A stretch of DNA of 50,859 nucleotides from Bacteroidales bacterium (lineage in GTDB: Bacteria; Bacteroidota; Bacteroidia; Bacteroidales; UBA7960), in assembly GCA_046261715.1 (NCBI GenBank), contig JBHEOF010000004.1, forward strand, positions 16,064 to 66,922, given 5' to 3'. The translations under genes and the position numbers were made by a program. Under the pieces are notes generated by a model that ran no database searches, was not told the DNA's origin, and worked only from the letters and a program-made list of their open reading frames with translations. Shown here piece by piece: positions 38,398 to 47,545 of the stretch (positions are counted from its first letter, which is position 1; each line of letters starts with the position of its first letter).

Positions 38398-40154
38398 TAC
38401 GCTACCTTTCTTTCTTGAATAATAGTTTCTAAATCTTTTTCATTCTTTTTGAACTCGTCACTCTCAAATTCAGAGTAGTTCATTTGCTTAAACTGGTTGA
38501 TAACCTTTTTAAAGTAAGGGTTAACATCTTCAAAAGAGTCAAATTTGAATTCATATTTCAGTACATCCACAATTTTTTCTAGCATATAACGCTGCCTGTC
38601 AAAGCTGGACCGGCAGTCAATATCATCAAATGCATCCTGCTGCGAAATAACAAAGTCAACTACTTCACCTTTCCAGTAAGTGATATGATAGTCCAGAGGA
38701 ACACCATCATCACCAAGAATATTTATTTGCTCATAAGCTTCCTTACTTCGTAGCAAAGCATCTTTTATAAAATGTACGTTGCTTGTCCAGTTCTCACCAT
38801 TATTTTTGTTGAGATATTCTATAATTTCAGGATATTCAAGGTATTTTGAATAACTCTCGATGGGGTCGATGGCAGGATACCTTTTGCTGTCTGCCCTTTG
38901 CTGCGATAGTGCATAGAAACAACGTGCAGCTTTTTTCGTTGATTCCGTAACAGGTTCTTTCAGGTTACCACCGGCAGGAGATACGGTTCCTATGAAAGTG
39001 ATAGAGCCGGTTTCACCGTTATTCAGATAAACGAATCCTGCCCTGGAGTAAAAGTTTGAAATAATTGCAGGAAGGTCCATAGGGAAACCATCGGGTCCGG
39101 GAAGCTCTTCCATACGGTTCGACATTTCTCTAAGCGCCTGCGCCCACCGTGAAGTTGAGTCGGCCAGCAACATTACCTTCAGGCCCATAGAACGATAATA
39201 CTCGGCAATGGTCATGGCTGTATAAACAGAAGCTTCACGTGCTGCCACCGGCATGTTTGATGTATTTGCGATAATGGTAGTACGTTCCATGAGCTTACGA
39301 CCTGAGCGGGGATCATCCAACTCGGGGAACTCAGTAAAGATCTCCACCACCTCATTGGCCCTTTCACCGCAGGCTGCAATAACAACCAGATCGGCTTCTG
39401 CCTGTTTTGACAAGGCATGCTGCAATACGGTTTTTCCTGATCCGAAAGGACCGGGAATAAAACCTGTACCACCTTCAGCAATGGGGTTAAGTGTATCAAA
39501 AACCCTTACTCCTGTTTCCAGCACCTTAAAAGGTCTTGGTTTTTCTTCGTAGGCTTTAATAGGAACTTTTACAGGCCACTTTTGTATCATTGTTACATTG
39601 TGTTCTTTACCCTCCTTGTCGGTAAGCACTGCTATTGTATCATGAATTTTATAAGTTCCTTTCTTAGTAACACTCTTAATTTTGTATTCACCTTCAAAAG
39701 TAAAGGGAACCATAATTTTATGGTCAATCCAGTTTTCTTTAACCTGACCCAGCCAGTCACCGGCTTTTACGGATTCATCTTTTTTTGAGATGGGCTCAAA
39801 TTCATATTCCTTGTCCTTTTCGAGGGGTTCGGTGTATTCACCCCTTTTCAGAAATATGCCCTTCATTTTATCCAGGTCGTTTTGCAGTCCGTCAAAGTTT
39901 TTTGACAGCAACCCGGGCCCGAGGGATACCTCAAGCATGTGCCCGGCAAATTCGACTTCTGAACCAACCTTAAGTCCGCGTGTACTCTCAAAAACCTGAA
40001 CATACACCTTACGACCCATGATCTTGATCACCTCAGCCATAAGTTGGGTTCCTCCGTGCTTGATGAAGCAGATCTCATTCTGAGCCACACGCTCATCGGC
40101 TTCAACGATTACAAGGTTGGAAATAATTCCGGTTACCTTACCAATTGTGCTCAT
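38397..40154 (-). CDS. ntpA: V/A-type ATPase subunit A (catalytic)
   Basis: P-loop GPFGSGKT, ACGERANE, NTSNMPVAAREAS, DSTSRWAQALRE and VSPAGGN. Confidence 0.98.
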   Translation of the reverse strand: MSTIGKVTGIISNLVIVEADERVAQNEICFIKHGGTQLMAEVIKIMGRKVYVQVFESTRGLKVGSEVEFAGHMLEVSLGPGLLSKNFDGLQNDLDKMKGIFLKRGEYTEPLEKDKEYEFEPISKKDESVKAGDWLGQVKENWIDHKIMVPFTFEGEYKIKSVTKKGTYKIHDTIAVLTDKEGKEHNVTMIQKWPVKVPIKAYEEKPRPFKVLETGVRVFDTLNPIAEGGTGFIPGPFGSGKTVLQHALSKQAEADLVVIAACGERANEVVEIFTEFPELDDPRSGRKLMERTTIIANTSNMPVAAREASVYTAMTIAEYYRSMGLKVMLLADSTSRWAQALREMSNRMEELPGPDGFPMDLPAIISNFYSRAGFVYLNNGETGSITFIGTVSPAGGNLKEPVTESTKKAARCFYALSQQRADSKRYPAIDPIESYSKYLEYPEIIEYLNKNNGENWTSNVHFIKDALLRSKEAYEQINILGDDGVPLDYHITYWKGEVVDFVISQQDAFDDIDCRSSFDRQRYMLEKIVDVLKYEFKFDSFEDVNPYFKKVINQFKQMNYSEFESDEFKKNEKDLETIIQERKVA

Positions 40155-40160
40155 ATATAT

Positions 40161-40991
40161 TTATTTTTCAGTAAATGTTTCGGGTAATTCATAACTTGAT
40201 TTAAGATCCTGCAACAGTTCTTCAAACAACTGGGTACCATATTCTTTATCCAGTGCAAGCCATCTTTCCACCATACCCAGTTTCAGGGTAAAGGCAATGA
40301 TCTTATCTATGGTAAAATATTCAAAAAATGTTACATCATCCAGGTAGTTCCAGCGGAGCTGGTCAATAGCCTTTTCACGCTGTTGCACATCGTCATCTTT
40401 GGCAATATTGAGCAAATCATCCATGTAGGAAATTTCTGCTGTAAGGCCAAAATCACGTGCATGACTTTTACGGATAGTTTCAGAAATATCATCCCATCCT
40501 ATAATCTGATTTTCATAAGGAATGTCGTAACGGCGGCAAACCAGTGCAGTGAGAAGATTATTCAGATCGCGGTTAAAACGATACCACTCACGCAAAAATT
40601 CATGATTAACAGAAAGGGCATAATCGTAGAAAAGAGATGTAAGTTGATTTTCATGACTCATATTCTGATAAACCGGTTCGTCATCCTTAAATGAAACAAT
40701 AAACCTGTTCATGTATTCCGGCAATTCACCCGTAATTTCTTTTATATTTGCTTCCAGTACCTCCCGCTCAAAATTACCGCGTGCATCAAACTCATCTTCA
40801 CTTTTTGAAAGTAAATTCAGAAGATTTTTATTGTCAAAGGGAAGAAAAAGGATTTGTACCAGTTGATAATCCTGCGGATGCACTTCAGTTTGCAATTCTT
40901 TCCTGAAATCATTCTGACCCATGGAAAGTTTATGAATATCCAGTGTTATATCCTGCAGGCCAGCTACCAGACAATAATAATTTCGCTTCAC
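40161..40991 (-). CDS. DUF2764 protein (putative V-ATPase subunit C equivalent)
   Basis: GTG start; YYCLVAGL and REKAIDQLRW…YFTIDKI motifs; sits between subunits E and A. Confidence 0.85.
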   Translation of the reverse strand: MKRNYYCLVAGLQDITLDIHKLSMGQNDFRKELQTEVHPQDYQLVQILFLPFDNKNLLNLLSKSEDEFDARGNFEREVLEANIKEITGELPEYMNRFIVSFKDDEPVYQNMSHENQLTSLFYDYALSVNHEFLREWYRFNRDLNNLLTALVCRRYDIPYENQIIGWDDISETIRKSHARDFGLTAEISYMDDLLNIAKDDDVQQREKAIDQLRWNYLDDVTFFEYFTIDKIIAFTLKLGMVERWLALDKEYGTQLFEELLQDLKSSYELPETFTEK

Positions 40992-41132
40992 TTGCTATCC
41001 TTTTTTAGTTTTTAAATGACAGGTTTTTGTTTTCCTTCTAAAAATCTTTGGGTTTTTGTTCCTGATGTTTTACCTGAGAAAGTTAATCACAATCCAAACT
41101 TAATATGTGATCTTTCAAAAACCCATGAAAAT

Positions 41133-41750
41133 CTATTTTTCTTCGTAAAGCATTTCAATAAGACGCGGACGCAGGTAAGCACGGAAGAAATTATCAAAAT
41201 CTTCATCAGTAAAACTGATAAGATAACCTCCCTTTTTGGGTCCGATTTTAAAACCACCTTTTATTTTTTCTGAGAAAGAAAGTTCAAGTCCTTTATTGAG
41301 AATGTCCTTAGCTTTATCCTTGAAAGCATCTTCAAATTCCTTCTGTTTCTTTTCGGGCAACAGCACTTTCAGATCAACGGATTTATCTGCTTTCGGATCC
41401 CAGTTTTTCACAAGTTCAAGAACCACATCGCGGGTAAACTTTGCATCTTTAAAGGCATCTTTTATTTCTGGTTCAACTGCTTTGGCTTCAATAAGCTTAA
41501 CAATATTTTGTTTTATATCGGAAATTAACTGCCTGGCAGATAACTGTAACTCGTTCATTGAGTTCTTTTTTAATTCTTCAGCTTCCTTTTTGGCATCCTT
41601 TACAATATCTTCGGCTTCTTTTTTAGCGCCTGAAACAATACCATCGGCATCCTTCTTTGCAGATTCTTTTATTTTATCTGCCTCTTCATTGGCCTTATTT
41701 ACCCCTTCCTGGTAAATTTTTTCGGTTAGTTCCTGAAGTTTCGTTTGCAT
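41133..41750 (-). CDS. ntpE: V/A-type ATPase subunit E
   Basis: KLQELTEKIYQEGV, A/K/E coiled coil and GGFKIGP…YLRP; first gene of the operon. Confidence 0.92.
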   Translation of the reverse strand: MQTKLQELTEKIYQEGVNKANEEADKIKESAKKDADGIVSGAKKEAEDIVKDAKKEAEELKKNSMNELQLSARQLISDIKQNIVKLIEAKAVEPEIKDAFKDAKFTRDVVLELVKNWDPKADKSVDLKVLLPEKKQKEFEDAFKDKAKDILNKGLELSFSEKIKGGFKIGPKKGGYLISFTDEDFDNFFRAYLRPRLIEMLYEEK

Positions 41751-41891
41751 AATATTGAATGTTTAAAAACGAATGAAATTATCTTTTTTGAATATTATAA
41801 TCAGAAATTAAATTTATCAGCTTGTCTATATGTTGAGAAACCAATTTATAAAAACTACAAAGCCTGACTTTTTTGTTCTGAAATTCGGCTA

Positions 41892-41899
41892 CGAAAGTA
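41892..41899 (-). promoter_or_regulatory. Candidate -7 element of the V-ATPase operon
   Basis: Minus-strand TACTTTCG (TTCG variant); a second TATTTTTG lies at 41964-41971. Confidence 0.45.
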
Positions 41900-42066
41900 T
41901 AAAAAAAAACTCCAAAATCTCACATCAATTTGGCAGAATTGGTTAAAAACTTTCGTTCCGCGGCAAAAATATAAAAAATTCATAATGTTATTAAATTAAC
42001 AACTCCATAAAAACACAAAATTTGACAGATGGGGTTTTGTTTTCTGTGGAAAGGGGTTATTTGGCT

Positions 42067-42113
42067 GCGGGAAGATGTTTGGCGGGCAGTGCTCCCCACT
42101 TTCCGCTTTTTTT
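42067..42113 (+). terminator. Orphan terminator-like hairpin in a divergent intergenic region
   Basis: GCGGGAAG…CTTTCCGC stem with an inner TGG-C-GGGC/GCTC-C-CCA stem, followed by T7. Confidence 0.45.
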
Positions 42114-42114
42114 C

Positions 42115-42122
42115 TACCTTTG
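42115..42122 (+). promoter_or_regulatory. -7 element for the aminotransferase gene
   Basis: TACCTTTG, 22 nt before ATG 42145. Confidence 0.65.
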
Positions 42123-42144
42123 CAACGACATACAAATCAGGAAA

Positions 42145-43329
42145 ATGAATAACCGTCAGCTTTTTTATAACTTTTTGGGGCAAACATCACAGGCACCTTT
42201 GGCCATTGAAGTTGAACGGGCCGAAGGGATATATATGTATGGCCCCGGTGGAAAACAATATATGGACCTTATATCAGGCATCAGCGTAAGCAATGTAGGT
42301 CATTGCCACCCTGAAGTGGTGGAAGCGGTAAAGAAACAGGCTGAAACCTATATGCACCTGATGGTGTATGGTGAGTTTGTGCAAAGTCCGCAAGTAGAAC
42401 TGGCGAATCTTATTACCGAGAATCTCCCGGATAATCTAAATAATGTTTACCTGGTAAATTCGGGCAGCGAAGCTATTGAGGGGGCCATGAAGCTGGCAAA
42501 ACGTTTTACGGGACGCAGCGAAATCGTTGCATTTAAAAATGCTTACCATGGTAGTACACAGGGTTCGCTGAGCATCATGGGCGATGAAACTATGAAAAAT
42601 AACTTCAGACCCCTCCTGCCTGATGTTCGTTTCATCGAATACAATAACAATGAACATCTTAACCAGATCAGTCCCCGAACCGCCTGCGTAATTGCTGAAA
42701 CAATACAGGGAGAAGCAGGCGCTGTAACACCTGACAAAAGATTCCTGAAAGAGCTTGGAAAGGTTTGTAAAGAAAATGGTGCATTACTCATACTGGATGA
42801 GATCCAGGCGGGCTGTGGTCGCAGTGGAACGCTGTGGGCCTTTGAACAATATGATGTAGTGCCCGATATTATTACACTGGCCAAAGGACTGGGAGGTGGA
42901 TTGCCCATCGGGGCATTTATTGCATCAAAAGAAATTATGCATTCCCTTACTCACGATCCTGTACTGGGGCACATAACCACTTTCGGGGGTAATGCTGTAT
43001 GCGCTGCAGCAGCTCATGCCAATCTGCAAATCATTATTCGTGATAAGTTATGGGAAAATGCAAGGCGACAAGGAAAACTGTTCAGAGAATTACTCATACA
43101 TGATAAAATAAAATCTATAAGAGGAAACGGACTTTTACTGGCTGCCGAGTTTGAAAGCTTTGAAGAAAACAAAAAAATTATTGACAGGCTTATAGAAAAG
43201 GGTATTGTAACTGACTGGTTCCTTTTTGCGCCGCACTGTATGCGTATTGCACCTCCCCTGCTCATCGGCGAAGAGCAAACCCGGGAGGCATGTAAAATAA
43301 TCCTGGAGACACTGGATGATATTTTTTAA
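42145..43329 (+). CDS. Class III PLP-dependent aminotransferase (ArgD-like; substrate not certain)
   Basis: NSGSEAIEGAMK, YHGST, ETIQGEAG, LDEIQAGCGR, AKGLGGG (PLP Lys) and TTFGG; start at 42145. Confidence 0.92.
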   Translation: MNNRQLFYNFLGQTSQAPLAIEVERAEGIYMYGPGGKQYMDLISGISVSNVGHCHPEVVEAVKKQAETYMHLMVYGEFVQSPQVELANLITENLPDNLNNVYLVNSGSEAIEGAMKLAKRFTGRSEIVAFKNAYHGSTQGSLSIMGDETMKNNFRPLLPDVRFIEYNNNEHLNQISPRTACVIAETIQGEAGAVTPDKRFLKELGKVCKENGALLILDEIQAGCGRSGTLWAFEQYDVVPDIITLAKGLGGGLPIGAFIASKEIMHSLTHDPVLGHITTFGGNAVCAAAAHANLQIIIRDKLWENARRQGKLFRELLIHDKIKSIRGNGLLLAAEFESFEENKKIIDRLIEKGIVTDWFLFAPHCMRIAPPLLIGEEQTREACKIILETLDDIF

Positions 43330-43400
43330 CTTTAATGCTGCAGGTTTTTTGATTATTTTGCTTAAAGTGCTTATTTTTAATATTCCAAAAAAGCAGTACC

Positions 43401-44108
43401 ATGCAGGAAGAAATACTGGAAAAACTTCATGAAAATCCACTTCAGAATATGCCCGTTATGGGCTTTTTTGAAAACTACCGACTAGAGAACTCAACTGTTT
43501 TTGGTCGTTCCATGATCCTTTCAGGCACCAGTGACTATACCTGGGCATATTTGTCGGTTGCCGATGAGGATGAGATGAAAGCACTGCTTGATAAATTTGA
43601 ATATCAGTCGCTCTATTTTGCCAACGTAGAAGAATGGATGATTCCCCATCTTACCCGAAACCACAGGATCGAATGGAGGTTAAGTACACATCGTTATTAT
43701 CTTCCTGATGATACCGTTGTTGATCCCCCGGACAGTGACTGCCGGCCGCTTGAACAAGGCCTTGTTCCGTACATTTATGACCGGTCGCCATATAAGGATT
43801 TTACCTCTGAAGATTACATCCGCGAAAGGATTAAAAGGGATATTTCTGCCGGAATATGGATTGATGAAGAACTGGCCGGTTGGGGACTTACACACGATGA
43901 TAGCTCACTGGGATTTCTTAATGTGCTGGCCAAATTTCGTGGACAAGGGTTGGGCGAAAGTATTTTTCGCTCACTTATTTGTGGGAAAAGGGAAAACCAA
44001 AAACCGATATTTGTAAATGTTGAACCGCATAACAAACAATCCATTAATCTTTTGAACAAGCTCGGTTTAAAATTTGACCGCCAGGTTAGCTGGCTGAAAC
44101 TGATTTGA
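43401..44108 (+). CDS. GNAT acetyltransferase (C-terminal FR47-like domain)
   Basis: LGFLNVLAKFRGQGLG and N-x-x-S-x-x-L-x-x-KLG motifs. Confidence 0.8.
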   Translation: MQEEILEKLHENPLQNMPVMGFFENYRLENSTVFGRSMILSGTSDYTWAYLSVADEDEMKALLDKFEYQSLYFANVEEWMIPHLTRNHRIEWRLSTHRYYLPDDTVVDPPDSDCRPLEQGLVPYIYDRSPYKDFTSEDYIRERIKRDISAGIWIDEELAGWGLTHDDSSLGFLNVLAKFRGQGLGESIFRSLICGKRENQKPIFVNVEPHNKQSINLLNKLGLKFDRQVSWLKLI

Positions 44109-44125
44109 ATCACTAGCAGCAGCAA

Positions 44126-44473
44126 TTATTCTTCTTTCTCAAACTGCTCTGCATCTTTTTCTTCCAGTTCATCCATTACGTAACCCGGGCCTTTGGGATT
44201 TCCACCTTTGTGTGCTGCCTTTGCTATCATATGAGATGCAATGGGAGCGGTGAAAATAACAAATAACACCACCATCAGTGCTTCAACCCATACAATCCAC
44301 TGTATGTAAATAATAGATACTGCAGCCAGCATAAGGATTGCTCCAAGCGAAGCAGCCTTCGTTATGGCATGCATGCGCATATACACATCCGATAGCTTAA
44401 CCACTCCGATGGCGGCCACAAGCATGAAGAGGGAACCAATAATCAATAAAAAAGCAGCAATCCATTCTATCAT
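44126..44473 (-). CDS. mrpG: Mrp Na+/H+ antiporter subunit G
   Basis: DVYMRMHAITKAASLG and FTAPIASH. Confidence 0.95.
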   Translation of the reverse strand: MIEWIAAFLLIIGSLFMLVAAIGVVKLSDVYMRMHAITKAASLGAILMLAAVSIIYIQWIVWVEALMVVLFVIFTAPIASHMIAKAAHKGGNPKGPGYVMDELEEKDAEQFEKEE

Positions 44474-44757
44474 TTCTTAATCCTCCTGATTAAATATTTT
44501 GCAAATGCAATATTACCCATGAAAACAAGCAGTGCAATGGCAACAGCTACATTCAGAAAAACTGTCTGGCCCGTAGCCATAGTATAGGTAATGATCAAGC
44601 CGATAGACAGCGAAGCCACAAGGTCCATCACTACGATACGGTCAGGCAAGGTAGGACCGGTAAGTAACCGGTACAAACCCATGAAAAGACTGATTGTCAG
44701 ACTAAAAAAGCTGAAGTAAATCGCAAATGTTAAAACCGGTGATGTTTGTAATTCCAT
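44470..44757 (-). CDS. mrpF: Mrp antiporter subunit F
   Basis: RLLTGPTLPDRIVVMD; 3 TMs. Confidence 0.95.
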   Translation of the reverse strand: MELQTSPVLTFAIYFSFFSLTISLFMGLYRLLTGPTLPDRIVVMDLVASLSIGLIITYTMATGQTVFLNVAVAIALLVFMGNIAFAKYLIRRIKK

Positions 44758-44771
44758 AAAATTGTTATTTA

Positions 44772-44799
44772 GTCAAATGACCAAAGACGGAAGTCCGAA
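44772..44799. repeat. Degenerate heptamer repeat x4
   Basis: gtcaaat gaccaaa gacggaa gtccgaa. Confidence 0.5.
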
Positions 44800-44872
44800 G
44801 TATCCTTCTCATCATTTCCGCATTGATCTCAATATTCATAATATTCAATTTTCAAACCTGTAATATTATCAA

Positions 44873-44926
44873 AAACCTACCAACCTATTGACCTATCAAC
44901 TTCTCAACCTATAAACCCATCAACCT
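44873..44926. repeat. Octamer tandem repeat (CAACCTAT) ~7 copies between mrpE and mrpF
   Basis: aaacctac caacctat tgacctat caacttct caacctat aaacccat caacct. Confidence 0.8.
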
Positions 44927-45273
44927 TATTCAAATATCTCTGCAATCTTTTTTTCCAGTTCTCCTTTCATTTTGCGGATAAATTCATCCTTATCGTACAA
45001 ATACATGGCATGCACATAAATTTTCTTCTTATCAGGACTCATATCCATGGTCAAACTTCCCGGAGTCATAGAGATCAGGTTTGCAAATGCAATGATAGCA
45101 GTTTCGTTCTTCAGATCAACAGGTACTTCAACGATACCCGGCTTCATTAAATCCTTAGGCGTAATAATATCATATGCCACATAAAAACTCGATAATATCA
45201 GTTCTTTCAAATAATAAAAAATAAAGAGTATAAATCTGAAAACCCTTACAATAAATTTAAATACTTTGCGCAT
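44926..45273 (-). CDS. mrpE: Mrp antiporter subunit E (short form)
   Basis: KPGIVEVP, ANLISMTPGSL and YVHAM. Confidence 0.93.
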   Translation of the reverse strand: MRKVFKFIVRVFRFILFIFYYLKELILSSFYVAYDIITPKDLMKPGIVEVPVDLKNETAIIAFANLISMTPGSLTMDMSPDKKKIYVHAMYLYDKDEFIRKMKGELEKKIAEIFE

Positions 45274-45301
45274 TTTTTCTCTTTTATTGATTGTTTAAAA
45301 A

Positions 45302-46780
45302 CTATTTGCCCAAAACGGCATTGATATACATTTCAGGATTTACGATCTGTTCACCGGCGTTCAGGCTGATTTCCATCACCGGCCCGGCAAAAATCCCGAG
45401 CAAAATAACTGCAACAGCCAAAATAGCAGTGGCAGTTATGGTTGAAGGATGTACCTTACCATTTTTTACCGGTACATCTTCAGGCTCCTTCTTCCAATAG
45501 GCTTCATTCCAGATCTTTACCATAGAAAATAAGGTGAAAAGCCCGGTAAGAATAGCTATGGCAGTTATAAAATATTGCTGTGCTTCAAAACCACCTTTTA
45601 TCAGGAAAAACTTACCGAAGAATCCGGGAAGTGGAGGAATACCGGCCAGCGACAAAGCAGGAATGAAGAACAGAAGTGCCAAAAACGGACTTGCCTTGTA
45701 TAATCCACCAAGATATTTAAGATCGTAACTTCCCGACCGTTGATAAACCAGGCCACCCGCAAGAAAAGTATTGGTTTTGGATAACATATTGTGGATTGTA
45801 AAATATATTGCACCGGCAATACCTGAAACGGTAAATATACCCAATCCCATAACCATATAGCCCACCTGGCTTATGATATGAAAAGAAAGAATCTTTCGAA
45901 TATCAAACTGCGAAGCGGCCATCAGAACGCCTATCAACATAGTTAGCCCGGCAAGTGTAAGTATAAATATCTGCCAGAACTGCTGATCAAATACTACGAA
46001 AAGACTATAGAACCTAAACATGGTGTATACACCAACTTTGGTTAATGTACCTGCAAATAAGGCTGTAATGGCAATGGGTGGAGTATGATAAGAGGCAGGT
46101 AACCAGAAAAAGAAGGGTACCAATGCTGATTTAACACTAAAAGCAATGAAGAACAACATTAAAGCACTATTGATATAGGTTCCATCATCCCAGGTGCGCA
46201 TCTTGGCAGCCAGATCAGCCATATTCAATGTACCCACCTGTCCGTAAAGTATACCAATGGCAGCCACAAAGAAAATAGATGCTACAAAGTTTATGGTAAC
46301 ATATTTTATAGATCCCCTTAACTGCTCGGCACTTCCTCCTAATGCAATCAGTACAAAGGAAGATGTAAGCATTACTTCATACCACACATACAGATTAAAA
46401 ATATCGCCGGTTATAAAAGCACCGTTAACCCCCATCAACAGGCCAAATACCAAAGGATAATACCCTGATGTTTGCCTTTCCCTGTCAATAAAACCAGGTG
46501 AATAGATCATTACTATAATAGAAACAAATGATGCGGTGAGCATCATCATGGCCGAAAAAGTATCTGCTACAAGTGTAATACCGAAGGGTGCTTCCCATGA
46601 GCCCGGCTGTAATGACATGATACCATTCTGGTATACATCCAGTAAAATAAGCAGACTTGTAAATGTAAGCCCAATGCTGGCCAACAAGCTGAAAGATTGC
46701 TGAAAAATAAGCCATCGGCGGGTAAAGATAAGAACCACCATAAATAGCAAGGGCAATATAACGGGTAATACCAGTATCAT
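45302..46780 (-). CDS. mrpD: Mrp antiporter subunit D
   Basis: APFGITLVAD, GDIFNLYVWYEVML, KSALVPFFFWLP, LTKVGVY and GIPPLPGFFGK. Confidence 0.96.
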   Translation of the reverse strand: MILVLPVILPLLFMVVLIFTRRWLIFQQSFSLLASIGLTFTSLLILLDVYQNGIMSLQPGSWEAPFGITLVADTFSAMMMLTASFVSIIVMIYSPGFIDRERQTSGYYPLVFGLLMGVNGAFITGDIFNLYVWYEVMLTSSFVLIALGGSAEQLRGSIKYVTINFVASIFFVAAIGILYGQVGTLNMADLAAKMRTWDDGTYINSALMLFFIAFSVKSALVPFFFWLPASYHTPPIAITALFAGTLTKVGVYTMFRFYSLFVVFDQQFWQIFILTLAGLTMLIGVLMAASQFDIRKILSFHIISQVGYMVMGLGIFTVSGIAGAIYFTIHNMLSKTNTFLAGGLVYQRSGSYDLKYLGGLYKASPFLALLFFIPALSLAGIPPLPGFFGKFFLIKGGFEAQQYFITAIAILTGLFTLFSMVKIWNEAYWKKEPEDVPVKNGKVHPSTITATAILAVAVILLGIFAGPVMEISLNAGEQIVNPEMYINAVLGK

Positions 46781-46782
46781 AA

Positions 46783-47124
46783 TTATTCGTTTTCAGAAAG
46801 TTCGTCGAAATCAACAGTTTTGGTTACTTTATAAAATCTATACACCAGTGTAAGTGCAAATGCCGTAACACCCAGCCCGATAACAATAGCTGTGAGTATA
46901 AGCGCCTGTGGCAGGGGATCCGACATGCCAATGGTTTCATCCTGCAATCCGCGGATAAATGCCGGCTTACCGCTGGTTAATCCACCCGCCACAAATAACA
47001 ACAAGTTGGTGGCATGTCCCAGGAATATCAATCCCAGGATCAGCTTGAAAATATTCCTGCGCAACAGCAGGTAAACTGCTGAACCGTATAAAACTCCAAT
47101 AAGTATTGCCAGTAAAAAAAGCAT
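46783..47124 (-). CDS. mrpC: Mrp antiporter subunit C
   Basis: DPLPQALILTAIVIG. Confidence 0.96.
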   Translation of the reverse strand: MLFLLAILIGVLYGSAVYLLLRRNIFKLILGLIFLGHATNLLLFVAGGLTSGKPAFIRGLQDETIGMSDPLPQALILTAIVIGLGVTAFALTLVYRFYKVTKTVDFDELSENE

Positions 47125-47127
47125 AAA

Positions 47128-47541
47128 TTATTCCTCCATTATTGAAAACATAACCAGCATCAGCATACCTGCCACAGCAAAATACACTCCCAAATCAAAA
47201 ATGAGTGGGGTACCCAGCTTTAATTCAAAAGCGGTTTGAGCAAAAATAGTATACCACTCGCCTGTCATAAAGCTATCACCCATAAAAAGAGCAGGTAAAC
47301 CACTTAATATGGCAATCAGCAATCCAAGAGCTGTAAGATTTATAGGATTGAAGAATAACGATTTTTGCGTTTTGGTCACTCCAAAAGCCATGGCATACAA
47401 AATGTAGGCTGCACCAAACATAAGTCCGCCAATAAAACCTCCCCCCGGCTCATTGTGTCCGCGATACAACACTATCAGTGAAAGTACCACCAAAAGGGGA
47501 CGCATATGACGGGCAGCAATTTGTAAAATGATTGACTCCAT
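47128..47541 (-). CDS. mrpB: Mrp antiporter subunit B
   Basis: RGHNEPGGGFIGGL and FDLGVY. Confidence 0.96.
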   Translation of the reverse strand: MESIILQIAARHMRPLLVVLSLIVLYRGHNEPGGGFIGGLMFGAAYILYAMAFGVTKTQKSLFFNPINLTALGLLIAILSGLPALFMGDSFMTGEWYTIFAQTAFELKLGTPLIFDLGVYFAVAGMLMLVMFSIMEE

Positions 47542-47545
47542 CTTC

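Noticed and set aside
42145-44108. Ectoine biosynthesis cluster call
   Set aside because: No ectC, and the proteins lack recognisable EctA/EctB-specific sequence; kept only as a weak hypothesis.
44873-44926. Possible CRISPR array
   Set aside because: Units are 8 nt with no spacers, and there are no cas genes in the window.
44926-45273. MrpE looks truncated (115 aa)
   Set aside because: The core motifs are intact, the start follows mrpD by 28 nt, and no upstream fragment exists, so it is interpreted as a naturally short form and not a pseudogene.
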